Shown here: positions 12,571-25,600 of the stretch, piece by piece | Position numbering within the stretch: the stretch's first letter is position 1 | Layout of the letters: the number at the start of each line of letters is the position of its first letter | Source of the DNA: Haliotis cracherodii | Taxonomy: Eukaryota | Reading direction: 5' to 3' | Assembly (NCBI RefSeq): GCF_022045235.1 | Contig: NW_027266308.1 | Location: 22,010,001 to 22,074,000 of the forward strand | DNA: 64,000 nt | The notes under the pieces: generated by a model | Seen by the model: only the letters and a program-made list of their open reading frames with translations | What the model was told of the DNA's origin: nothing | Database searches by the model: none | Translations under genes and position numbers: made by a program

Positions 12571-14400
12571 ATATATGTCAAGGCGAATTTAAGACTGGGG
12601 ACAATGTATGTGCTATTCACTGGAGCCTATGTACATCATGGTCACTTAAAGCATGTACATCTTGTTTACTGGTAAAGCTTTGTATATCTGCCTCATTCAA
12701 TTGCAGTTGAGGGAATTTTGTGGGCAATGGTTTGTATGTGTTTATATGAAAGTATCCAAGTACTTTTGGGTAAATATTAGGGTTTTGTTTCTTTTTTAAT
12801 GTGTACCCTGACAGTTGTTATGACAATGTTTTTATTTGTTGCATACCTTGCATTGTTCTGCCAGTTCCAAAAATAAGATCAGAAAAGTAGTGTTTTCTTC
12901 AATGTGGAGTAAAGAGATGTCTCTGTTTATCTCCTTACATGTAATGACATTTGTCCTCATTTTTCTAAATTTGACCCGTGAAGACCCGGGTTAGAATAGG
13001 TCTTCAGTAACCCATGCTTGTCTCCCCTTGAAGATGGGGGTTAGAATAGGTCTTCAGCAACCCATGCTTGCCGTATGAGGCGACTAACAGGATTGGGTGG
13101 TCAGACTCGTTGACTTGGTTGATGCATGTCATCGCATCCCAATTGGGTAGATTGATGCTCATGATGTAAGTCACTAGACTGTCTGCTCCACACTTGATTA
13201 TTTACAGACGGCCGTCATATAGCTGGAATAGTGCTGATTGTGGCGGTAAACAACATACAAACAAAACATTAGATTTTCTCATTATTGATATTCTGACAGA
13301 TAACTTACATGTGTATATTTGCCATCTTTTGGCCTTTTCTCACAGATCATAATACCAGGTACTGTCTTGGTGTTAGATTGTGATGATGTACAATGTTGAT
13401 TAACATAGCTGTATGTAGGACATGGTAAAAGTCATAACAGTGTTGGTGGACAGCATGGAATGGTTCAGTGGTTGGTTACATTATGTATTGGGAAAACAGG
13501 TGATGGCTTCTTTGAATGAAAAGAAATGCTCAAGTTGTTTGACAGGGAAGCGTTCATGGTACATATATGTCATAAATATGTTTATTCAAAAAAGACTGAG
13601 GGCTTTCAGATCTTTTACTCTGATACAGTACCTCTCTGTATGAACAGAACAAACCTGTATAGGTCACATCAGGGGAGCTTTGTAATCACATTGCGAACAT
13701 AAACGGTCAGTTCTGCATGGAAAAAAATAAAAGCCATGTTCAAAATGTTGTGCAGATTTTAAGCACCATGGCATCTATATCCAGTAGCATGTAATATCAA
13801 GGGAGAATCTGTTCTGTTTTGTCTCAAGATCCTGCACATCCTGTATTTTGATTGAGCTGTCAAAGTTCAGTCAAGGTTTAACTGATGCGACCTCTGATGG
13901 GGGCCACACAGAGGTATTGTATCTAGAGTAAAAAATATGACTTTAATTAACTTGATTCTCACATCAGTCAACACAATGGTCAATATTTGTTAAAAAATAT
14001 TCAATAGAATATCTGTGATGGGTTTGTACCTGGGAGACATGAACAATGTCAGCGGAACTTGCAAAATCTATCTTTGACATGAAATAACTGAAATAATGTT
14101 AAAAGCAGTGCTAAACCCAATTCACACAAAACCCAGTCAAACTCACTCAATCAGTCATCATTTAGCCAATTCTGGTTGCTGCTCCCCAAATCATGACTTT
14201 GTAAAGATCCTTTAAGGATACTTATGGATTTCAAAATTACATGAGGTATTTTCAGCTTGTGCATGTGAATGTACTGATGGCACAAATGACAGATGTTTAT
14301 ATAGCATGTATAATGTGGGATATATGTATTATGGATGTGTCCAGTTTAAGAGTGATGTGTACACAAAGTGTATGTCTTTTTTTATGAGGATATATTTGTA

Positions 14401-14406
14401 AATAAA
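14401..14406 (+). terminator. Candidate distal polyadenylation signal (GALNT7 long 3' UTR?)
   Basis: TGTA immediately before AATAAA, then ATTAAA and GT-rich ctgatgtgttcc. Confidence 0.3.
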
Positions 14407-16356
14407 AGAAATTAAACACTGTCTGATGTGTTCCTTCCCCTGACTACATGGATAATATATCACTCCTAATTGCCCAGTCATAGATCAGTGTCAATATGGT
14501 AACAGCAGTGTAGTATACTGCTGACAGCAGAAGGAACCTGATTGACCTGCTTATTGAATACGTTTCCTATAGACATTTACCTCTAGAACTCATTTCAGTG
14601 ACACACCAGGACCACCAGCTAAGTAGTATTCACCAGTCATTGCTGGGCTTTTAGAAACAAAAGCAATCAATTTGAGACTGTGAAAGTTTATAATTTGAAG
14701 ATATTTTATTGACAATAATCAGTAATTCACCAGCAATATTGCTTCAGATTTCATGCTCCATGACTTTCATTTATGAAAACCTGAAAAAATGATGTTGCAC
14801 TAAAGCACTTGAGTTACATATCAGCTTCAGAAACATTTTTTTTCCTTAAAGAATGACTTCATTTCAAATATTTTCTAAGCTACTAAATGTGCAGAGATTC
14901 CGGAGTAGAATAGGTCTTCAGCAACCCATGCTTGCCGTAAAAGGCGACTATGCTTGTCGTAAAAGGCGACTGACGGGATCGGGTGGTCAGACTCGCTGAC
15001 TTGGTTGATACATGTCATCGATCCCAATTGCGCGGATCGATGCTCATGATGTCAATCACTGGATTGTCTGGTCCAGACTTGATTATTTACAGACCGCCGT
15101 CATATAGCTGGAAGGATGAAGGGCATTTATTTAGTCTCTTAATGACCAATATGTACTCAGTGTCAATTCTATGAAATACTGTTACCCCTTCAACATAAAT
15201 ATTATGATTTCTAAATTTTCAAGATTTCTTGGAGGTTTTTTATTTGATAAACAAAGATAAACTGTGATCAACTTATGTCTCATTGCGGAAACTAAAGACA
15301 TATTAAGATATATATATTTTTTAAATGAGTGCGTTATAGGAAAGACATGCATGTTACAGGATTGACTATATTTGTTACAGAAAAGACATTGCAAATTCAT
15401 ATCATCAATATGAAAAGAGTGGTAAAGATTATCTTAAATGTTTCTCATGTTCATAATAATGCTTGCAAAAGTAATACCAGTCATTATCTTTTTCAGTTAT
15501 ATTGATAAATTTATTCCAACTTTTTAAAGGATAAATTCTAAAATATGTTACAGTAAGGACAAAGGTTTGTTACATGACAGAACAAATTACCATACAATGA
15601 CATTTTAGATCGCCAAGCAGTTTCCGCATTTTTACTGTAATAGCAAATGTGTTACTTTGAATAACAATGCACATGTTAGTTATATTTATATTTTTAAATG
15701 ATTAATATGAAGAATGTTACCTATGACCTACATTATAACTGTTACAGGAAAGACCTAAGACGTTACAGTACTGACAATGTGAAACAAAGTTTTGGTCAGC
15801 CTAGTTAGTTCACTATCATAAGTAAACAAAGGTTTACCAAACAGGGGTGCCACTAGATATAGTTATTGTTATATTTCCATCTCATTGTGAAATCTCCAGA
15901 CTGATGTGATAGAAGACAGTTATGGTGAAGACAACATTTTGTTACATGAAAGACATTTAGAGAATAGTTTTCATGTCTTTTTATGGTTTCTATGATCAAC
16001 AATCAAATCCAAAGTTTTTGAGGTTGAGTATTTTTACTAATATTGTGAAACACTGAAAGTATTTGGTAAAAGAATTGTGGTATACTTGAGACAATAAAGA
16101 CTTGGTCAACTTGTAGAATGAACAATTCAGAAAATGTCAGAAAACACATGACCTACAATTAGAACACAACTTTCAACTGCAAGTAAGAATCTAAACTACA
16201 ACCTGGAATGCAACATCTAAGAAGAAAGTTGAAAGATTATAACTGTCTTCCCAAGACATTATACCCCTTCATAGTGGCTTTTAACTGTAGACCAAATGTT
16301 ATTGTCAACCTCACAATGAGATGATTCTGGAGTCTTCTGTAACTTTGGGATGATTG

Positions 16357-16780
16357 TCTCCATCACTAGCCTCCTCATCTTCAGCCTTCACCTTCTCTCC
16401 ATCACTAGCCCCCTCATCTTCAGCCTTCACCTTCTCTCCATCACTAGCCCCCTCATCTTCAGCCTTCACCTTCTCTCCTTCACTAGCCTCCTCATCTTCG
16501 GCCTTCACCTTCTTTCCATCTCTAGCCTCCTCATCTTCAGCCTTCACCTTCTCTCTTTCACTAGCCTCATCTTCAACCTACACTTTCTCTCCATGACTAG
16601 CCTTCTCATCTTCAGCCTTCACCTTCTTTCCATCACTATAGTTTCCTCATCTTCAGCCTTCACCTTCTCTCTATCACTAGCCTCATCTTCAGCCTTCACC
16701 TTTTCTCCATCACTAGCCTCTTCATCTTCACTTTCTCTCTATCTCTAACAGCATCTTCAGCCTTCACCTTCTCTCCTTCA
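16357..16780 (-). repeat. 39-bp tandem repeat, ~11 copies, reading EKVKAEDEEASDG on the minus strand
   Basis: Unit tctccatcactagcctcctcatcttcagccttcaccttc. Confidence 0.92.
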
Positions 16781-17198
16781 CTAACCACGTTTGGGGTAGA
16801 TTGTGTGTAGTGGTCTGTTCAAAACATTGGCTAAAGTGTGAATTTGCCAGATTCCCATAAAAGACTTGTCCCTCTTCACTTTGAGGGTTTTGAGTCGAAA
16901 TATGCTTTGGACTATGTTGTCTGTGAGACAAGTTCCTGGAACATATATGTCAGAATACTGAGCATAATGACGTGGCAAGTTATGTCCCTTTACACTGACA
17001 TCCTTCCTTTATGCCTTGAGACTGGAAATTTCCATCAAGATCTTTGGCTTCATTGGCAACAAGTTCAGAGACTACTTTCACTGTCATTTCTGCTGCTCTG
17101 TCACTTGTCCCAAAAGCAAGTACACTGCCACATGATGGTGAGCAGTTACCATTTGATAACATAGTACAAGGATACAGCTCGCCATTTGTCATTGCCAT
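16781..17198 (-). pseudogene. Vertnin-like (OTU-fold) coding remnant, frameshifted and truncated
   Basis: YPCTMLSNGNCSPSCGSVLAFG..AAEMTVKVVSELVANE / IFRLKTLKVKRDKSFMGIWQIHTLANVLNRPLHTIYP resembles vertnin (ASMLLWG..LELRARTVVEML / SFSNVWHLYALASVLQRNIYSIYP as I recall it); frameshift near 16980. Confidence 0.7.
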
Positions 17199-17599
17199 GG
17201 TTAATTTAGTTGTACAGTTCCACTTTGGAGTTGCTTTGTATTCCAGTCAAGCAAACATTGCTATTCAGTAAACCTTCATGAAATCAGCATTAGTGAATTT
17301 CAAATTATTTTGATGATGTAATGAAATCTATACATTGTCATACTTGAGTGTTTGTCTTTGCCAACAAAGCCTTTTTCAGAAAATAAAGAAGCGTAGAGAG
17401 TTGAATTTTAGTGCAGTGAAGAAATGTTTTTCTCCAAAACTCGTATTCTAAAACTTGTTTGACCTTTAACAATAGAAAATACCCATAAGCTGATAGGTAC
17501 TTCATGATCACTGCCATGATTCTATATTAAATGTAAAGTTTGTCTTTTCTATAACCATGGTACCATATTAACACTTATTTTAGCAAGCTTAGGAACAAG

Positions 17600-18120
17600 T
17601 AACTAAAATCTCATTGATCCCTTTAGTACAATATATCATCAAACATAACAGAGAGTAGTTACTTTGATTCTGATTGTCTTATGGAAATGTAGAATGTCAT
17701 TACTGAAGCAAAACTGTCTTTGCTGTAACACATTTCTTATAACAATTAGATGTTTCAATAATTTGGCATAAAATGATGAAGTGCAAGTTTATCCTACAAA
17801 CTGCTTGATTGAAATAATTAATTAGAATATTGAAAAAGAACAGAGTAATTTACTTTGCTTCTTTATAACTTTTCAATTGCAAAATGTCATTACAATAACA
17901 AAATATGTCTTTACTGTAACACATTTCTTATAAAAACCATATGTTCTGACAATGTTGCTCAAAATGATAAAATACAGCTTTGTCTTTCAAACTGCTGAAT
18001 TAAAAATATTCAGTTGGAATGTTGTAAAAGAACAGAAAGTAAGAGTTTTCTTACTTTATAGCTTATTAAGTGAAGAAAGTCATTACCATAACAAAATCTG
18101 TCTTAGCTGTAACAGAATTT
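17600..18120. repeat. Diverged ~190-bp tandem repeat, ~3 copies
   Basis: gtcattac..aacaaaa.(a)tgtcttt.ctgtaaca recurs at ~17695, ~17885 and ~18078. Confidence 0.7.
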
Positions 18121-19226
18121 AGTGTTACAGGAAAGACTGTTACAGGAAAGACAAATCATTAGATAAAAAATTTTATTGACTAATTAATGGTCCCTTCATG
18201 AAGCTGAATGTTCACACAATTTTCTGTTCATGAATCGGCACATAAACTTGGATCTTGAAATAACTATTTTGCATCTGTTCCATTGAATTATAGCGTTATG
18301 GGAAAGACATGAAATGAAAATACTCATCATTTCCTTACCTTTTTGGTTAACTTTTAGTGCTTATTTGTCTCCTGGTGCACATGGCACATCACACTCCTAT
18401 TGTATAGGAAATGGTACTAGGCATGACAGAAAGTACTGATATCCTTGTATTGGGGATCATTGATTATTCCAAAGTTTTATTAAGTGTTACAGGAAAGACA
18501 CAAAATCTAAGGACGGTGTTATATATGATTATTATTCAGGAATTATATCAGTTAGATTGAAATCATACACTGAAATTCCTAAATGAATCTCGTTTTTATA
18601 AGATAACCACAGTCATATTATATATATGCCAATATTTATAAAATGACAGTTTCTCAAATTTGAAGCTAAATACAATGGGACAGCCAAAAATGCACTTTTT
18701 ACCCATTTAAAAAGCATCAAAAACACATAATATGACACAATGATTGAAAATAACCATTTTACTAGATGCATTACTTTGCAGGTGATAATCTATACAAATT
18801 GCAATGTCAATATATGTTTAAAAAAATTTTTAATGGGTTCGGACAGAAATAGTGACATCTTTTGAAAATGACTCATATATTAGCTCTCCAATGTTCAGAC
18901 ATAACATTCATGAGTTAACAAGAACAATGAGTGAGTGAGTGAGTTAATATTTAACATCACATTAGCAATATTTCAGCCATATTGTGACTAACAACAACAA
19001 TGTTCTACTGTGAGTAAAATCCACACCATTTTTCCCCCGTGACTGTTCACTCCAGAACAATATTAGGAGAGGGTACATTTTTGTTTCATAGTGAAAAATT
19101 CAAATTTAACCAGAAAATAAAAATTCAACAAAAAATCTATCATTGAAAATACTGGCTTTGCCCTTTCACTCCAGAGGTAGAAGTTTGACCTTGTTTGGTC
19201 TCCTTGTCTGGGTCTTTGAAACAATG

Positions 19227-19616
19227 TCACTCCAGAGGCAGAGGTTTAATCTTGTTTGATCTCCACCACCTATTCCGCCGCACAACCCTTTCTTGAGGCA
19301 GTGGTAAGGTATACAGAACCTCCTCCCCTCTTGTCAACCTCAGACGCCAGTCCAAGAAGTGTTCGTCCACAGAGTCCACCCACGTGGTGTCCAGACTGTT
19401 GGTGGACATCTGTTTGCTCCACTGTCTCCAGTCATGTCTGACCAACCAGAACTCCAGCAGATTGCCCTGCTTCTTGCACTGCTGGACACACGCTATGAGA
19501 TATGACCTTGCGGATGTCACCTTGCCCAGGAGGAGAGAGAAGTAAGCTCTGAGGTGATACGCACGAGGTTTCAAACCAGGGCTCTTCTTCAGTAGTTTCT
19601 TTAGGGAGTAGAATTC
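19227..19616 (-). CDS. ADCY10: ADCY10-like terminal exon w30 (…PRAYHLRAY…LPLE*)
   Basis: ctccag acceptor; PRxYHLxAY motif; TGA at 19229-19227. Confidence 0.88.
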   Translation of the reverse strand, partial: EFYSLKKLLKKSPGLKPRAYHLRAYFSLLLGKVTSARSYLIACVQQCKKQGNLLEFWLVRHDWRQWSKQMSTNSLDTTWVDSVDEHFLDWRLRLTRGEEVLYTLPLPQERVVRRNRWWRSNKIKPLPLE

Positions 19617-22600
19617 CTGGAGATATAATTCACGAAATTTTTAACACTTTGCAAAGGACTAAATCAGTATACATATACACAATAAACATGGAGGAGACCA
19701 TTCACATATATACTTCTCTTCAAAAGTTGCTTTCACTAAGTACCATAAACAAAATATATTTATATGCCGTTTGCATCAACACGTTTGCATAATATACTAC
19801 TCAAAACACGTTGAAGAACACCTGATTTTTGTTAATCCGCATGACCATGACACAAACTATAGTCGTATGAAACAATCACCTGTTCCTTAACTTCCCTTGA
19901 GAAGTATATTTCTCAGTGACAATTATGTTTGACTTGTGCATGTTTTCCTGTAGATATACTTGTAACATGATTCCCGCGAAGATCCGGGTTAGAATAGGTC
20001 TTCAGTAACCCATGTTTGTCGTAAGAGGAGACTAACAGGTGTTAAGGCTCACTGACTTGGTTGATGCATGTCATTGTATCCTAATTGCGTAGATCGATGC
20101 CCATGATGTCAATCACTGGATTGTCTGGACCAGACTCGAGTATTACTGACTGCTGTCATATAGCTGGAATATTGCTTAGAGCAGCGTTAAACGACAAACA
20201 ACAATTTATAACATGATCATCTCAAGAACATCTCAAGGGTCACAGCAGGCTTTCAGATGTTTTCATTAGCTAACAAGCCAAGGTTATCAAAAGGGTATAT
20301 GTCAACATCACACATTTTCAATAACTAATTGAAAAGTCGCAATCTTTAAGGGATTATATATACATAAGTTACACGCTAGGCAAATCACTTCGTTGGGCAT
20401 ATTACGAAGCTGTGAATGATGGTTAATGAAGTGCTGATAAATGTGCAGTCATTCGACTTACGTAAGGAAGACATCTCACCTTGACAACATCTGTCTTGAT
20501 CCTATCGTATGCCCTGTCCGTCCCCCTCTGAATGGCCCTACACATTGCTAGAAGCATACACTCCACCTTCTTGCATCGGGCACTCAGAGTGATGTAGTTG
20601 TGTTCGCCCAGGTCGTAATGTTCCCAGTAGTCGAACCAGCCCTGGGCGGTCTGCCACTGGCCTCGGCGACTGTACCTGTAGATGACCAGTATGGGGCATC
20701 AATCAAAAACCAACACTGATCGGGATCAAATTTTCACAGTTGTTGCTACAAAAAGTCCAACTTTCACAGAAATTCATCATAGATTCTGAGTGGAAGCAGA
20801 ATTTAATTCATTTCATTTTAGATTTTTGCTCTTGTCACATGCCTTTGTCGCATTGTTAAAAGCTGTCCAGCTTGTTTATAGTGCTGACAGACCAATGTCA
20901 TAATCGTAGATCTTGGATTTCAACCTACGACCACAAGGCTGAAAGTAACTAGACTGGGGTAACTGATTGCGTGTCATTGTGCCCTCGTCCCTGTTCCAGA
21001 ACTCATTTGGAGCTCCAAAGAATAGGTCTCCGTTATCCCATTCCTATTGTTGGACACCTGGCTGATATATGGCTAAAATGCTACATCTAGTGTACGGCTC
21101 TTTGCTTTCTCTGATTTAAGAGTTTGGCTTTTTCTATCGCCACTATTATAAGTTATGCATGGGGTTTTATGTATCCCTCGTTAGATTATATATTGTGATC
21201 CTGCTACAACGAATTGATCTTACCGACATTGTTAAAGAAATTTTTTTAAATCAAAATTGATAGAAAACAGCCGTTCGACTTAGCTGAGGTTAACTTGTGT
21301 TATGCCCCGTGGCTTTCATTGATTCGGAAAATGCGTTCTGCCTCTCAGAAATCCACGTGCAGCCTAACTTGTTCGTGGGGTATAAGGGTTTTATTCTCCC
21401 GCTGAGAAATGTGTTTCTCTCAAAGGCGGGATACATCGTATTTTTCAAAATCACGTTGACCAATCAGATCTCATCATTCTGACATGGAGGTATGATGAAG
21501 CTCGATAATCTCTTTGCTCTTATTCGAACGTGAAGTAAGCTGTACTAGGAATGGAGAATAAGGCGCAAACTTCACAGATCTTTAATCTAAGTCGTGCCTT
21601 CTATGAATAATTCTCTTGAAGAACCTTCGCCAACTACCAGACATCACTCACCAAACCGCTATACACATCGCAATGTAGTAGCGTGCCACGCTGCCGTCAA
21701 TGACGGCGTCATAGTTCTTCAGGTAGACGCTTGCCTTCTGCAGACACATGAAGAATGTTTGTGTGGGGATGCCTGAAAGGTGGAGGGTAACAGGGGAATG
21801 TTGAGCTCTACTGACGAATACTTTCCATGAGAATATTCCTGACTACTTCTAGCATGTTAATATGAACGGAATACAGCATTACTTGCGGGAGAATAATGAC
21901 TACAACACAACATAGTGAATGCGAACACCACTGAAAGAGCATGATGATATATTTCTCTTTTTATCTTGATTACATTTCAAGGGGAGGGGGTGGGATGTGT
22001 GTGCTGGGATTTTATCGCAAAAAATAAATTGTCCCATAAAAGTATTGAAAAGTAGTTATGCTTCAGACTGTTGAAATGTTTTAACAAACAAAATTGACTG
22101 CCATAAAAAACAACAACATTGTTTTAAATGATTTAAAAAAGTATTAAGGCTCAAAGTCTTAATTAAAATAATCTGGTTTTGCAGGTGTAGCTGAAAGAAA
22201 TATTAAGTCTGTATACAAAATCCCCCCTCCGAATATCCAATGGTCCTAATTTGCACTGAATTCCAATGTTCCTGTGTACACTATTTGGTGGTTGACGTCA
22301 TCACCTGGTGAGATCATGAGCTCCAGGGCGAGGATGGTCCCCCAGGTGTCAACCCCCCACCCTTCGAGGTCCGCGTAGATCTCATTCAGCTTATCCAGGA
22401 GGTCCTGACAGTCCTGCGGTCTGTCGAGACACAACATGTAGAATGTGGCCAGTGTGTCAGTGATACCAACTTTACATGTACACAAATACAATTATTAAAT
22501 TATAAATTAACAATTTGATAAAAACTTATCTGAACAAGCCTGTTAATCACCATGGCATTGTTTAAAAGCACAAGGTTAGCCAACATTCGATCTAGTGAGC

Positions 22601-25600
22601 GTTTGAGAAAATTATCTTAATATCTATGTTTTAATACTTCTATAAATTGCGGAATAATTGGGAAATCGTGCTTACGTACGGTCAACCCTAGCAACATTAG
22701 GTTAACATAAATTGAACTTTAAAAAATATACAATATTAATATAACTTTAAAAAATATACAATATAAAAATGTATACGAGTAAGTATTATCAATTTTGAAA
22801 GGTTTTGATGCAACACTCATACACCTTTATTACATCCTCATAAAATATCAGACCCGTGAAGATCCGGGTTATAATAGGTCTTCAGCAACCAATGAAGGTG
22901 ACTATGCTTGTCGTAAAAGGCGACTGACGAGATCGGGTGGTCAGACTCGTTGATGCATGTCATCGTTTCCCAATTGCGTGGATCGATGATCATGATATCA
23001 ATCACTGGATTGTCTGGTCAAACACGATAATTTACAGACCGCCGTCATATATCTGGAATATTGCGGCGTTAAACAACCAACAAAAAAACATAATAAAATA
23101 TCAACCCGTTTTGAACGAACTTTCGTCAGAGAACAACACTTTTAGGGAACCAACAACACAATTTCCCACAGCACATCTATTGTGTAAAATCAGAGGCAAA
23201 TATGTTTCCGTAATTTCAGAAACAAATTCTTTTTTTCAAAACATTCCTTGGAGAAAATTGCATGGTTGGTGCCTCACCTGTTTGCGGCGAGATAGGCCAT
23301 GGCCAATATTGGGTAGATTCTCACTGTCAAGCGAGTGTGACTCATGTGCCCTACGATCTTTGCTGCTACTTCTCCTGTAAAGAGTTTAACAATTATCAAA
23401 TCTTTAAACACAACATGGATGTAATGTACAGTTTGCATCTTGACGCACTAGGATGGAATTTCTTGACTCGATCGTAGCGCCACCAGTGGTTATTACCAGA
23501 GATGTCTCCTCTATGTCCCTCCTATTGACCAGTCCCATTCCACATTTCATATCACTTGCATTTGCTTCAAACACAATGGCGGCGGCCAGTGAAGACGATC
23601 TGATCGATAATCAAGATCAATATTGAAATAAAAATTAAGTGAGCACCCTGATTAAAAACATGACAAGATTTGGAAAATAGTTGACGGAATAGTTTGCAAA
23701 TCCTGCAATCGAACGAAATCTGCACGGCAGTTTACGAACTGGATGTTACGTTATGCGATTTTGATTGGACTATGCATAGCCTCGTTAGTACACCGCCATA
23801 ATTCCAGCCTAGTTCGGCAAGGGCAGAAACTGGACTTTTATAGACAGTTAACTTCCTTGTTTCGGGAAAAAGCTGTTAAGCAAGCCGTTCCCCGTTAAAC
23901 CGGTCGCACTTCCCGACCACCCAGCTGCCCGGGCGGGTATTGTCAGGAACGTACAGCAAAGGATATTAATGCGCAACAATTATTCATTTGTATATATTTC
24001 ACTGGGAACCTTAACATCCTGCTTAATGTACGGTTTCAATATATTGACACTGCACCTAAAATAAAAATTGTGTTTCTGTTACTCATTGGTTGTGAATGGA
24101 CACGTATTACACAGAACGAAATTCTTTGTCCTTTTATGAAATGAACCCTGCGTTCAATCACTAGACTCACTGCAACGTGCACTCAAACATCTGATAGCAT
24201 ACACTAAGAGTTGCTGAATTATTATGATCATTCAAGAGAAGTGTTTTAAGTGTAGTGTTGTGTACATGTGTACAAAAATGTACATTTTCTATTGCCTTCG
24301 GACAGAGAATATTGCATGAACGTTGGTCATAAAAATCAACGAAACGAGCTCCAGAAGCCTCACGAACAGTTCAAATGACACTGGTGTCAGCAAGACATTT
24401 AGATTCTTCTTACCCCTGTCTGTGGCCTGAGCGACGTTTCCTGCCGAGAGACAGTGCAAGGCACCCTCCCCTAGTGTCGTAGCCAGCGCCTTGACGTCAT
24501 CATACAAGAGTTCGTGACTTCGTGCACAGCATCTGAACAACAGCACATCAGAACAACTATTGCACATCTCGTAACGTACCCTCTGTTACTACATAACATG
24601 TAGTTATATGTGGAAGCTTAAAAGTATCTGTTGTTGTTTACTTGGAAACATGCCAATGTTTGTTGTTGTATTATGGAAACATGCATGTCTGTTGTATTGG
24701 TGAAAAGTCCGCCTCCGTGGTGTAGTGGTAGAGCATCCGCCCGGAGAGCGGAAGGTTGGGGGTTCGATCCACGGGCGGGTTTATACCGGAGAGCGGAAGG
24801 TTGGGGGTTCGATCCACGGGCGGGTCATACCAAAAGACGTTGAAAGATGGTACTTGTTGTTACCCTTCCTGGCGTTCAAGTTTAATGTGCTACTGAGTCT
24901 GAGTGGGGTATTCGTGTTAAACTGCGGTATGGTATTTCAGTGGGCTAGCACTTATANNNNNNNNNNNNNNNNNNNNNNNNNNNNNNNNNNNNNNNNNNNN
25001 NNNNNNNNNNNNNNNNNNNNNNNNNNNNNNNNNNNNNNNNNNNNNNNNNNNNNNNNNNNNNNNNNNNNNNNNNNNNNNNNNNNNNNNNNNGATATAAGTG
25101 CACTTATCTTGGACGCAACGATAAAACCCCATTTCACTTCACTTCACTACACTGCGTGAAAACATGCACTCTTTCCAGAGTGTGTGAAGATAAGCAACAT
25201 GCGCATCATATAATATGCCTTCCCTTGTCATGAAGCAAGTTACAATGCGAAGCATATTTTTGTCTTAAAATACATCACATCCTTACTTTTGTATCTTGCG
25301 AAACATGCACACCTGTATCTTCAACACTTCAACTTAAACACTGCGCGCTGCCATTTGTCCGTCACTCGCGTTAAAGCAAAACACGTTTTCATTTTATCAC
25401 CCCGTATGTTCAGCAGATGAGTTTGTCATGTACTTACGTGGCGTACAGTTCACTCTCGAGTCTGTGGGCTCTGCTGGACCAGCCACGCGTCCTACACGCC
25501 TGGATAATGTGTATGTAACTCTCCAGCACCTGTAGTCACCATATTAAACATATTAAACATAGTATACATCGACATAAACATAATGTACACGAAATACAAT

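Larger units (their letters stand above)
15113..18874 (-). mobile_element. Decayed putative DNA-transposon-like element with vertnin/OTU-like ORF remnant and dispersed GTTACAGGAAAGAC motifs
   Basis: Starts abruptly where a family A SINE is cut (15112); ~14 copies of the motif in both orientations; boundaries uncertain. Confidence 0.5.

Noticed and set aside
24710-24830. tRNA gene candidates (also 12412, 37785, 51418, 60667)
   Set aside because: They are tRNA-like SINE heads continuing into SINE bodies; no complete cloverleaf or T-run terminator.
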